This document shows positions 1 through 8,872 of a DNA stretch of 64,000 bases, piece by piece. Position 1 is the first letter of the stretch; each line of letters starts with the position of its first letter. Under the pieces are notes generated by a model. It saw nothing but the letters and a program-made list of their open reading frames with translations. It was not told where the DNA came from and did no database searches. Source of the stretch: an uncultured Clostridia bacterium (GTDB lineage Bacteria > Bacillota > Clostridia > Christensenellales > Aristaeellaceae); the NCBI GenBank assembly GCA_934670175.1, contig CAKUOX010000003.1, positions 1,279-65,278 of the forward strand, in the 5' to 3' direction. The translations under genes were made by a program, and so were the position numbers.

Positions 1-547
1 TGCGCCCCAGATCGATGGGCGCGCCGTCCATGGGCGTAAAGTCGATCTTGAAGTCGCCCGTGTGGAAGATTGTGCCCACCGGCGTAGTGATCGCCAGCGC
101 GCACGCGCCCGCGATGGAATGGTTCACGCGCACAAATTCCACGCGGAACGCGCCCAGCTCCACCACGTCGCCCGGCTCCACCTCGTTCAGCGCCACCGAG
201 CCGAGCAGGCGATGCTCCTTGAGCTTGTGCTCACACAGCGCCAGCGTCAGCCGCGTGCCATACAGCGGCGCGGGCACCTTGCGAACGATATACGGTACCG
301 CACCGATATGATCCTCATGTCCGTGCGTGATGAAATAGCCGCGCACGCGGTTCTGATTCTTTTCCAGATAGCTGACATCCGGAATCACCAGATCCACGCC
401 CGGCATATCCTCCTGCGGGAAAATGGATCCCAGATCCACGACGATAATGTCATCCTGATACTCAAATACCGTTAAATTCTTGCCGACTTCTCCAAGTCCG
501 CCCAGCGGAATGATCCGAAGCCGCGGCGATTTACTCTTTTTTGCCAC
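1..547 (-). CDS. rnj: Ribonuclease J, N-terminal part (gene runs off the window start)
   Basis: The reverse-strand frame has no ATG start and is absent from the ORF track. It has a GTG start at 545-547 preceded by AAGGAGGA. My translation reads MAKKSKSPRLRIIPLGGLGEVGKN...YFITHGHEDHIGAVPY, which contains the metallo-beta-lactamase HxHxDH motif typical of RNase J. Confidence 0.85.
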   Translation of the reverse strand, partial: MAKKSKSPRLRIIPLGGLGEVGKNLTVFEYQDDIIVVDLGSIFPQEDMPGVDLVIPDVSYLEKNQNRVRGYFITHGHEDHIGAVPYIVRKVPAPLYGTRLTLALCEHKLKEHRLLGSVALNEVEPGDVVELGAFRVEFVRVNHSIAGACALAITTPVGTIFHTGDFKIDFTPMDGAPIDLGR

Positions 548-832
548 GCTCTTCCTCCTTACTATGTATCATTTTCACTATTGCAACCGTACCGGCATAA
601 CGCGCCCGGACACGGTTAAAATTATATGGATAGACCCTGACTGCACGCTTTTGCGCGCTCACTCTACCTGAACTGCCGGCGAACCGCCGCCCGCCGACAC
701 GGAAGACTGTTTAAGCTTTCCTGTTATATTCCAATTCTAAGTATACCACATTTTATTGCCGTTTAACGCGCACAGAAAGATTTAACGCGCAGCGTCCGCG
801 GCAGATTCCCAAATACGCTTCCTTCTTTGACG

Positions 833-3127
833 TCAGTCTTCATCCTGCAGTTCCAGCAGGCGATTTAAGATGCGCAGCAGCGTGAACTTTGCGCCCTTGC
901 CTGCCGCCGCGCCCACGCACGCCGGACAGCCGTCCGCGCAGCGGCAGCCCGCTACGACCTCTCGCGCGCTGATCAGCAGCTCGCGGCCCATTTCATACGC
1001 CCGATCCGACAATCCCACGCCGCCCGGCACCGCATCATAGAAATAAATTGTGGGCTTACCGGTATAGGTGTCCTTCACATGATAGACCACGGAAATATCC
1101 TGCGGCGCGCACATCATGCGCATCGGCGCGATGTGCCGGATCAGGTGCGCCAGCCCTACCATGGCATTTTTCATTGGCTCGCGCTCAAATTCCTGTTCCA
1201 GAGATTCCGGCAGCGTCCACCAGCAGGCTGTGGTCTGCATTTCCAGCTCCGGCAGCGTCACCGGCCCCCAACCGAGGTTTTCATGCGTGTCGAAGCGAAT
1301 CTTCTTAAACAGCGTCACGATGCTGCTGACCAGCACCTCGCCGCGCGTGCGCACGATGCCGTTTTCCGCATCGGATTCGAATTCATCCAGCACCTTCAGG
1401 CTGGTGGTCAAATCGGCGTCCGTGTAATAGCCCACGTTCACCTCGCGCACATAGGCCTTCTTTTCGTCGAAGTCCAGCTTCTCCACCTGAAACTGCCGTC
1501 CCTCGTGCATGTAAATGGCATGCTCGTGCAGCAGCATCGGCACGGTGAAGCGATCCATTTCACCGATCACGCGGTGATTCTTCGGGTCGGTAATATTCAC
1601 GATCACAAAATTCTGATCCGAAGCCGAGCGCAGGTTCACGCCCGCCTGCGGGAATTCCTCCGCCATCCAATAATACCGGCCGCCCACGCGCCGCAGAATC
1701 GACTGCTCCTCCAGATAGCCCAGCAGCTCATCCGTATCCTCAAGGCCGGCAAAGCGCTCGCCCTCGGCAAAGGGCAGCTCATACGCCGCGCATTTCAGGT
1801 GATTCAGCAGGATGTAGAGATTGTTGGGGTTGATCAGCGCGCACTCCGGTGACTGACCGAAGAAATAATCCGGATGCTCAATGACGTACTGATCCAGCGG
1901 GCCCGAGCTCGCCACCACGATCAGCAGCGACACACTTCCCCTGCGTCCGGCACGCCCGGCCTGCTGCCAGGTACTGGCGATGGTGCCCGGATAGCCGCAG
2001 AGCACGCAGGCGTCCAGCTGACCGATGTCGATGCCAAGCTCCAGCGCATTTGTGGATACCACGCACATGACCCTGCCCTCGCGCAGCTCGCGCTCGATCT
2101 CGCGCCGCTGCGTGGGCAGATAACCGCCGCGGTAGCCGCGCACCCTGCCGGCGTTGCCCAGCGGATCGCGCACCTCGTCCTTTAAATAGCGCACCAGCAC
2201 TTCCACCGTCAGCCGCGCGCGCCCGAACACGATGCTCTGCACGCCGCTGCGCAGCATGGAAGCTGCGATCCTGCGCGTTTCCGGAATGGCGCCCGCGCGT
2301 ATGCCGAGCTGCGCGTTCACCACCGGCGGGTTGTAGAACACGATATTGCGCTCGCCCGCCGGCGCACCGTTGTCGTCTATCAGCATGACCGGCCTGCCGA
2401 TCATCTCCTGCGACAGCTCTTTGGGATTCTGGATGGTGGCGCTGCAGCAGATAAACGTGGGATCGGAGCCGTAAAACGCGCATATGCGCTTGAGCCTGCG
2501 GATCACGTTTGCAAGGTTCGAACCAAACACGCCGCGGTAGGCGTGGATCTCGTCGATCACCACATAGCGCAGGTTTTCAAACAGCTTGATCCATTTGACA
2601 TGGTGCGGCAGTATCCCCTGATGCAGCATATCCGGATTGGTAACCACCACATGCCCCGCCTGGCGGATCGCCGTGCGCGCGGCGGCAGGCGTATCCCCGT
2701 CGTAGGTATAGGCCTTCACCGGCGCATCCATTTCCTCGATCAGCGCATACAGCTCCGCAGCCTGGTCGCTGGACAGCGCCTTTGTGGGAAACAGATACAG
2801 CGCGCGGGCGGATTCATCCTTCAATATCGCATCCAGCACGGGGACATTGTAGCACAGCGTCTTGCCCGAAGCCGTGGGCGTGACAACCACCAGGTCGCGT
2901 CCGGCCACGGCGGCTTCGATCGCCTGCGCCTGATGGACGTAGGGACGGTCGATGCCGCGCTTCCTCAGCGCGTCCACGATGCCCGGCGCAAGCGACACGG
3001 GAAATTCCCCATAGCGCGCGGGGCGCGCAGGCGTCACGCGCCAACTGGTCACATTTTCCATGAAGCCCGGGTTGTTTTTCAGCTGCTTGATGTACTCCGG
3101 TACGGTCATAGGCTTGCATTCCCCCAT
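833..3127 (-). CDS. DEAD/DEAH-box helicase with C-terminal DUF1998 Cys-cluster domain (YprA/MrfA-like)
   Basis: 764-aa ORF with Walker A TPTASGKT, a DEIH box, and a C-terminal GCRCADGCPACVG cluster. An alternative start is the ATG at 3109 (MTVPEY). Confidence 0.8.
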   Translation of the reverse strand: MGECKPMTVPEYIKQLKNNPGFMENVTSWRVTPARPARYGEFPVSLAPGIVDALRKRGIDRPYVHQAQAIEAAVAGRDLVVVTPTASGKTLCYNVPVLDAILKDESARALYLFPTKALSSDQAAELYALIEEMDAPVKAYTYDGDTPAAARTAIRQAGHVVVTNPDMLHQGILPHHVKWIKLFENLRYVVIDEIHAYRGVFGSNLANVIRRLKRICAFYGSDPTFICCSATIQNPKELSQEMIGRPVMLIDDNGAPAGERNIVFYNPPVVNAQLGIRAGAIPETRRIAASMLRSGVQSIVFGRARLTVEVLVRYLKDEVRDPLGNAGRVRGYRGGYLPTQRREIERELREGRVMCVVSTNALELGIDIGQLDACVLCGYPGTIASTWQQAGRAGRRGSVSLLIVVASSGPLDQYVIEHPDYFFGQSPECALINPNNLYILLNHLKCAAYELPFAEGERFAGLEDTDELLGYLEEQSILRRVGGRYYWMAEEFPQAGVNLRSASDQNFVIVNITDPKNHRVIGEMDRFTVPMLLHEHAIYMHEGRQFQVEKLDFDEKKAYVREVNVGYYTDADLTTSLKVLDEFESDAENGIVRTRGEVLVSSIVTLFKKIRFDTHENLGWGPVTLPELEMQTTACWWTLPESLEQEFEREPMKNAMVGLAHLIRHIAPMRMMCAPQDISVVYHVKDTYTGKPTIYFYDAVPGGVGLSDRAYEMGRELLISAREVVAGCRCADGCPACVGAAAGKGAKFTLLRILNRLLELQDED

Positions 3128-3141
3128 GCGGCAGGTTCAGA

Positions 3142-4284
3142 TTAAACGATCACCATCTCCGTATTTTCCACGGCCTCCTTCACCAGCGCCTCGATGTCCA
3201 GCTTCGATTCGGCCTTTGGCATGGTGTTGAGCTTCGGCCGCGTGATGGGATGGCGCGGCGTGAACACCGTGCAGCAATCCTCATACGGCAAAATGGAGGT
3301 TTCATAGGTACCGATGCGGCGCGCGATCTCCATGATCTCGGTCTTATCCATGCCGATCAGCGGCCGAAACACCGGCATTTCCACCACAGCATCCGTGCAG
3401 GCGATGGCTTCCATCGTCTGCGACGCCACCTGACCCAGACTCTCGCCGGTGATCAGCGCGCGCGCGTCAAACTGACGGGCAATTTCCTCGGCAATGCGCA
3501 TCATGAAGCGGCGGGTGATCAGCGTGCCCAGACCCTCGGGGCACTTCTCATGGATCTCCAGCTGACATTTCGTGAACGGCACCAGATATACGCGCATGCT
3601 GCCGTGGTAATCTGCCAGCAGCTTCGCCAGCTGCATCACCTTGTCGCGCGCCAGCTCGCCGGTGTACGGCGGGCTCTGGAAATGGATAGCGCAGCAGCGC
3701 ACACCGCGCTTCATCAGCTGATAGCCCGCGACCGGCGAATCGATGCCGCCGGAAAGCAGCAGCGCCGCGCGCCCGCCCGAGCCCATGGGCAGGCCGCCGA
3801 CCGCCATGATCTCCTCGCGGCAGATATAGCACTTATCGCGAATCTCGACATGCAGCTTGTGCTGCGGAGCATGGATATCCACATGCAGGTTCGGATTCGC
3901 GTCCAGTATGCGGCCGCCGAGCTCCGCGCCAAGCTCCAGCGAATTCATCGGGAATTTCTTGTCGCTGCGCTTGCCGTAAACCTTGAAGCTGCCTGTACAG
4001 GGCTTCATCATTTCGATGCACTGCGCGGCGATCTCGTCCAGATCCTTTTCGCATTCGATGGCGGGACTTACCGAATACAGGCCGAACACCTTGCGCACGC
4101 GGCGCGCGCATTCGTCCATATCCTCACAATCGGAAACGTAGATGCGCGAATCGGACATCCACACATGGCCACCCAGCGGGCGCACCGCGCGCTTTACATT
4201 GTCCACCAGGATTTTCAGGAAATGCGGGCGATTCGCGCCCTTCAGGAATACCTCGCCGTAGCGAACCAGCAATACTCTGCGCAT
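3142..4284 (-). CDS. thiI: tRNA 4-thiouridine synthase ThiI
   Basis: THUMP-like N-terminus and PP-loop LLSGGIDSPVAGY. I moved the start to the ATG at 4282-4284, which lies 9 nt after AAGGAGA. The track start at 4305 would overlap the upstream gene. Confidence 0.85.
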   Translation of the reverse strand: MRRVLLVRYGEVFLKGANRPHFLKILVDNVKRAVRPLGGHVWMSDSRIYVSDCEDMDECARRVRKVFGLYSVSPAIECEKDLDEIAAQCIEMMKPCTGSFKVYGKRSDKKFPMNSLELGAELGGRILDANPNLHVDIHAPQHKLHVEIRDKCYICREEIMAVGGLPMGSGGRAALLLSGGIDSPVAGYQLMKRGVRCCAIHFQSPPYTGELARDKVMQLAKLLADYHGSMRVYLVPFTKCQLEIHEKCPEGLGTLITRRFMMRIAEEIARQFDARALITGESLGQVASQTMEAIACTDAVVEMPVFRPLIGMDKTEIMEIARRIGTYETSILPYEDCCTVFTPRHPITRPKLNTMPKAESKLDIEALVKEAVENTEMVIV

Positions 4285-4291
4285 ATGGTCA

Positions 4292-5455
4292 TTATCTCCT
4301 TGCATATTTCTTCAACTGCGCGTAGAGCGTCGCGAGACACCGGGCGGCGTAGTCGATCTCTTCCATCGTTGTGTGTGGGCTGAGACTGAAGCGCAGCGCC
4401 CATTCCGCGCGCGCGGGTGTGATGCCCATCGCCGTGAGCACCCCGCTCACCTTCAGCTTTTTGGATGAGCAGGCTGAGCCCGTGGACGCATATACCCGCA
4501 TACCCTCCAGCGCGTGCAGCATTACCTCGCCACGCACGCCGGGAAAGCTGATATTGACGATGTGCGGCGCAGCCATTTCCGGCTCCGGCCCGTTTATCAG
4601 CATTTCCGGCACTGCCTTCTGGAACTGCTCGATCATGTACAGCTTTTTCTGCATCAGCTGGCGCGGCATATCCGCGCCCATTTTCTCCATATCCGCCACA
4701 GCTGCGCGCAGTCCCGCGATGCCGGGCGTATTCTCTGTGCCCGAGCGCAGGCCGCTTTCCTGGCCGCCGCCGATCTGTCGGGGCGCGATGCGCACATTTT
4801 TGCGCCACGCCAGTGCGCCCGTTCCCTTGGGTGCGTGGATCTTGTGGCCGGACAGCGTGTACAGATCTACATATTTTAAATCGATCGGCACGCGCATGAA
4901 GCCCTGCACGCCGTCCACATGGATCAACGCCCGACCGTTCACCAGTGCGTGCAGCCGCGCCACATCCAGCAGCGCGCCGGTCTCATTATTCACCTGCATG
5001 CAGCTGACCAGACTCGCGCCGTCGTTCAGCGCCGTCTCGAGCGCCGCCCAGTCCAGCTCGCCCCGCGCGTCCACGCCGATCACGCGCACATCGTGCCCCA
5101 TTTCGGCCAGATGCTGAAAGCTCTCCCGCACCGACGGATGCTCCACCGCACTCACGGCCACGACCTGCCGGCCGCGCATGCGCGCCACCGTGCCCAGTAT
5201 GGCCAGATTGTTGGCCTCCGTGCCGCCGGAGGTAAAGGTCAGGTTGTGCTCCGGCGCATGCAGCGCGCGCAGCACCTCCTCGCGGCAGGCGCGCAGCTGG
5301 GTAAAGGCCTCCACAGCGGGCTTATAAACGGAGGACGGGTTATAGAACCCTTCGGTAAGGCATTGATTCACGGCTTCTACGGCCGCCGGACAAGGCCGCG
5401 TCGTGGCACTGTTGTCCAGATATGCCTGCGCGCTGTTCTCAAGTTTCGCCTGCAT
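4292..5455 (-). CDS. Cysteine desulfurase (class V aminotransferase, NifS/NifZ/IscS-like), paired with thiI
   Basis: 387 aa, with the PLP-lysine motif SGHKIHAPKG and the active-site region STGSACSS. It sits immediately upstream of thiI. Confidence 0.85.
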   Translation of the reverse strand: MQAKLENSAQAYLDNSATTRPCPAAVEAVNQCLTEGFYNPSSVYKPAVEAFTQLRACREEVLRALHAPEHNLTFTSGGTEANNLAILGTVARMRGRQVVAVSAVEHPSVRESFQHLAEMGHDVRVIGVDARGELDWAALETALNDGASLVSCMQVNNETGALLDVARLHALVNGRALIHVDGVQGFMRVPIDLKYVDLYTLSGHKIHAPKGTGALAWRKNVRIAPRQIGGGQESGLRSGTENTPGIAGLRAAVADMEKMGADMPRQLMQKKLYMIEQFQKAVPEMLINGPEPEMAAPHIVNISFPGVRGEVMLHALEGMRVYASTGSACSSKKLKVSGVLTAMGITPARAEWALRFSLSPHTTMEEIDYAARCLATLYAQLKKYARR

Positions 5456-5650
5456 CGCTCATTTCTCCTCGGAGCATATATAAAGAAACAATATGCCCAA
5501 ATTACAGTATTTCTATTTTATTATAGCACACATCGCAGCGCTGTGAAACTTCGGAATTATGAATAATATTGGAACATTTGATTTTCGGCAGGATTTTACC
5601 CGCAGGTCAGCGAAATAGAGTACGTTTATATACCGAGGAGGATAATTACC

Positions 5651-7024
5651 TTGAAGTGCCCCTACTGTGGAAACAACTGTTCGGACGAAGCGCTGTACTG
5701 CGACGTATGCAAGCAGCCCCTGCCCACCGGCGGGGATGCCGACGGCGAAGGCCGCGAAAAACGCCGCGCGCCGCGCACGCGCACGCAGCGTCTGCTGCTG
5801 GTGTTGGGCTGGATCGTCTGCCTGGCCATCGTCGGCGTCGGCGCATACAAGCTCGTTTTCTGGATAGACAGCTATAAAATCACACGCCTGTACACGCGCG
5901 GCGCCTATACGCCCACGCTCACGCAGCTCACGCTGAGCGACGGGCGTAGCGCGCATGCGCTGGTGTTCTACGGCAAGGACGGCGATATGATCTATGTGCC
6001 CGAGCTGAACCGTTCACTCACGATCTGCGGCGGCATCGCACGCCTTGAAATCGCCGATTCGGAATGGTTTAACGAAGAGGTCTCGGAATACGATTACGCC
6101 GACATCAGCTTCACGCCCATTCTCGTTTCCCAAAACGGGCGTGAAACGCAGCTGCCCGTGGTTACCTATACCATCGACGTACCCGAATCCCCGCTGACGG
6201 TGCTCAGCCCTGCGAAGGACAATCAGCGCGTGGTCACCTCCTCCTATCCGCTGTCGCTCGAGGTCGTGCCGGGCAGCTCGCTGTTCATCAACGGCGAGGA
6301 TCTGACCGATCGTGTGGATCGCAGCGGCGAGTTGAGCGCGAATGTCAGCGTGCGCCCCATCGGCGAAAACACTTACACGGTCATCGTGCGCACGCCGCAC
6401 CATAAGGAGACCCGTCGGGATATCACCATCTTCCGCCAGCAGTATGACATCGAGATCGAGCTGGACAAGGAGGTTTCCACCACCAGTACCGAGGCGACCA
6501 TGGCCGTAAGCGGCACCTGTGAGCCCGGTGCAATGATCTCCGTAGATACGGCCTATATGGAAGAAAGCCTCGAGATCGACATGACAACCGGCCGCTTCGC
6601 CTTCATTGCGAAGCTGACGCACCTGGGCGACAACATCGTCCGCTTCCGCGCCACCATGGACGGCAGAGAGGACGCCGTTATCAGCTTCAGCGTGAATTAC
6701 AAGCCTACGCTGGCACAGTATTCCTCCAAGGCCTGGAAGATGGACTATGAACAGCTGCGCAAGTATTATGAAAACTGGATCGAGCGCATCTTCCTGTGCA
6801 AGGGCCCCATCGTGGACAAGTTCACGGAGGAGGATATCGAATACCTTGTCATGAACGTGAGCACCACCAGCGAAGTGCAATATGTAATCCTGCAGAATTA
6901 CACCAGCACATCGCCCGGCACCGGCGCGCGCTATGCCGCCTACGCTGATGTGGTCGGCCGCCGCTTCTATAAGGATCAGTATTACCCGATGCTCGCCGCA
7001 CGGTATATGGATCTGGATTCATAA
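5651..7024 (+). CDS. Zinc-ribbon / single-pass membrane protein with a large extracytoplasmic domain, function unknown
   Basis: TTG start after GAGGAGGA. N-terminus reads MKCPYCGNNCSDEALYCDVCKQPL, followed by the TM segment LLLVLGWIVCLAIVGVGAYKLVFW. Confidence 0.6.
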   Translation: MKCPYCGNNCSDEALYCDVCKQPLPTGGDADGEGREKRRAPRTRTQRLLLVLGWIVCLAIVGVGAYKLVFWIDSYKITRLYTRGAYTPTLTQLTLSDGRSAHALVFYGKDGDMIYVPELNRSLTICGGIARLEIADSEWFNEEVSEYDYADISFTPILVSQNGRETQLPVVTYTIDVPESPLTVLSPAKDNQRVVTSSYPLSLEVVPGSSLFINGEDLTDRVDRSGELSANVSVRPIGENTYTVIVRTPHHKETRRDITIFRQQYDIEIELDKEVSTTSTEATMAVSGTCEPGAMISVDTAYMEESLEIDMTTGRFAFIAKLTHLGDNIVRFRATMDGREDAVISFSVNYKPTLAQYSSKAWKMDYEQLRKYYENWIERIFLCKGPIVDKFTEEDIEYLVMNVSTTSEVQYVILQNYTSTSPGTGARYAAYADVVGRRFYKDQYYPMLAARYMDLDS

Positions 7025-7032
7025 GCAAATAG

Positions 7033-7072
7033 GACAGCACCTGAAACGCTTATCGGCGTTTCGGGTGCTGTC
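7033..7072. terminator. 17-bp hairpin between convergent genes (bidirectional terminator candidate)
   Basis: GACAGCACCTGAAACGC / GCGTTTCGGGTGCTGTC with a 6-nt loop. The flanks are only moderately T-rich on both strands. Confidence 0.6.
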
Positions 7073-7148
7073 ATTCAATTATGCAACGATGCAAATGTAG
7101 TTGTGCCGTTTCTGTATCGATCCTTTTATCGATCCCTGAAAAAGCTAA

Positions 7149-7361
7149 TCAGTCCCAACCTTGAGAATCCTTATAGCCATTCACATAATTCTGAATCTCT
7201 GTATCTGAATACTTCCTGTCATAGTTTGAATATGAAGATCTTGATGAAGACGACTTACTACCCGAACTGTCACTGGAACAACTCGATGCCGGACCGAGAA
7301 TTAAACTGACGATGATTACGATTACAAACGTCGTATATCCCCCGTTACTTTTATTACTCAT
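7149..7361 (-). CDS. Small putative lipoprotein / membrane peptide (70 aa), Ser-rich
   Basis: Hydrophobic N-terminus FVIVIIVSLILGPASSC with a lipobox-like ASSC. Located in the low-G+C islet. Confidence 0.4.
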   Translation of the reverse strand: MSNKSNGGYTTFVIVIIVSLILGPASSCSSDSSGSKSSSSRSSYSNYDRKYSDTEIQNYVNGYKDSQGWD

Positions 7362-7479
7362 ATGTTTTCCTCCTAAAGTACTGCGTCAACATTTGCGTCC
7401 CTGCACAGTTGCAATGATCCAAATTATGTAAGCCATGCATTTGTTTTCCTATTCCAAGACAACACTTACAATAGTTTCG

Positions 7480-7890
7480 CTACTTTTGATTCCGCCTTGA
7501 TGCTTCATACTTTTCGACCTTTGCATCATATCGTAATTGGGCAATTTTCTGTGCTACAAACGCCGCACTGCTAGCTATAAGTGAAATCCAACAAAACACA
7601 ACGAAGCCTCTATTTCCCTCCACATTTCCGCCTGTATATACCATGTACAATCCTATTACTGCAATAAGCAGAAATAAACCTGCGATTGCCCAAACAACGA
7701 ATGCATACATCGCCGGATTTTTCCCAACTGCATTCTGCAACTCCCGCTCTCTCGTTGCAACCTCATTTGCCATACGACGTTGTGCATCTATCCGAGTTTG
7801 GCAGTTCGATATCATCGTACATGCATCTTTATAATCGTTCAATTTCTTGAATAATTGTTTGCATCCATATACTTTCCTATTACAAAACAA
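7480..7890 (-). CDS. Hypothetical 2-TM membrane protein
   Basis: The ORF contains two hydrophobic spans, FVVWAIAGLFLLIAVIGLYMVY and FVVFCWISLIASSAAFVAQ. The start is ambiguous: TTG 7890, a TTG at 7842 overlapping the upstream stop as TTGA, or ATG 7815. Confidence 0.45.
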   Translation of the reverse strand: MFCNRKVYGCKQLFKKLNDYKDACTMISNCQTRIDAQRRMANEVATRERELQNAVGKNPAMYAFVVWAIAGLFLLIAVIGLYMVYTGGNVEGNRGFVVFCWISLIASSAAFVAQKIAQLRYDAKVEKYEASRRNQK

Positions 7891-8246
7891 TACTGAGCCT
7901 GGCCATAAATGTAATCCTTGTATTTTGTAGAAGCCAGGCTTGCCTGCCAGGTAATGGTAACATCACAGCGCCAGAATGTAAAACCCAATTGCATCTGCTG
8001 TGGTTGCGTGGTATTGACATTGACAATAGTCTTTCCCTCAGAGGCAAGATTCTTAGAGCGAGTCTGTATTTCAGCCTCAACACGTGCCGATAGCCTGATC
8101 CTATCCTGTTCCTGAACGGTAAAAAACACGGTGCCGCTATCTATTTCATATTGCATTTTCGTAGCCATCGGCTCACCACAGAACGGGCATGACTGAGCAT
8201 TTTCCGAAATACTGTGCTTGCAAACAGGGCATTGAATAAGCGCCAT
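7839..8246 (-). CDS. Zinc-ribbon domain protein, function unknown
   Basis: N-terminus MALIQCPVCKHSISENAQSCPFCGEP. SD-like AGGGAG lies upstream of the ATG. First gene of the islet operon. Confidence 0.55.
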   Translation of the reverse strand: MALIQCPVCKHSISENAQSCPFCGEPMATKMQYEIDSGTVFFTVQEQDRIRLSARVEAEIQTRSKNLASEGKTIVNVNTTQPQQMQLGFTFWRCDVTITWQASLASTKYKDYIYGQAQYCFVIGKYMDANNYSRN

Positions 8247-8304
8247 TAAACATCACTCCCTATAAATACGAAACGAATTTGATACGCGTTTGCGTATTTT
8301 TTGT

Positions 8305-8333
8305 AGTATACCACATCTTTTTCTATTACGCAA
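8305..8333 (-). promoter_or_regulatory. Sigma-70-type promoter of the three-gene islet
   Basis: The minus strand reads TTGCGT, 17 nt, TATACT. It is followed by a small ATACGC/GCGTAT hairpin in the leader. Confidence 0.45.
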
Positions 8334-8663
8334 GTGCGATTGTGTATTTATTGAAATATGTGTGTAGAATAATTCAAATGCAAATACATTACGGGTCAAT
8401 ATAAAATGTTTTCGTGATTATAAATGGATTCTCTGCTTTTTTTATTCCCACAGATTGTTTTAGGACAGTATAAATTACTGCTTCGTGAACTCGTTGAGAT
8501 TGTCTGTATTCAAGTCTATTCTTGTAAGCATTTCGTTGTGAGCATCAAGATCCGTCTTCGAATCAAACTTCACCAACTCAAAAATGGTTGCTGCAGTTGT
8601 TCATAAAGAAGAGCGAATGTGCATACATCGCAATTCGCTACATCTTAGTCCTCATATACAATC

Positions 8664-8805
8664 AAAACGCGATTCGGGCGCCTGACCCGGTCTTTGACCC
8701 CACACTCGCCTGCTGGGGCGTTCGCTCATAAGGCGATCTGCCTCCCCACTACTGACCCTCTCGGTAATTCTTAGCCGGCAGGACTTACTTCTAAGGCGCG
8801 CCATG
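8664..8805 (-). repeat. Promoterless 142-nt copy of the 3' part of the sRNA gene at 20571-20797 (direct repeat A)
   Basis: Colinear with 20573-20714, with no indels and 3 mismatches (8679, 8754, 8772). Identity ends abruptly at both edges. It ends in a U4 tract on the minus strand. Confidence 0.8.
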
Positions 8806-8872
8806 TTGGCATTCCAGTATATACATAACACCGAACATGGCAATACGGCCTTCCATCTGACCATGAATGGAC

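Noticed and set aside
7839-7890. Frameshifted pseudogene or programmed frameshift joining the zinc-ribbon ORF to the 2-TM ORF.
   Set aside because: No slippery heptamer or stimulatory structure is evident in the overlap. Ordinary overlapping or coupled genes (TTGA) explain it equally well. It is left as two CDS with an uncertain second start.
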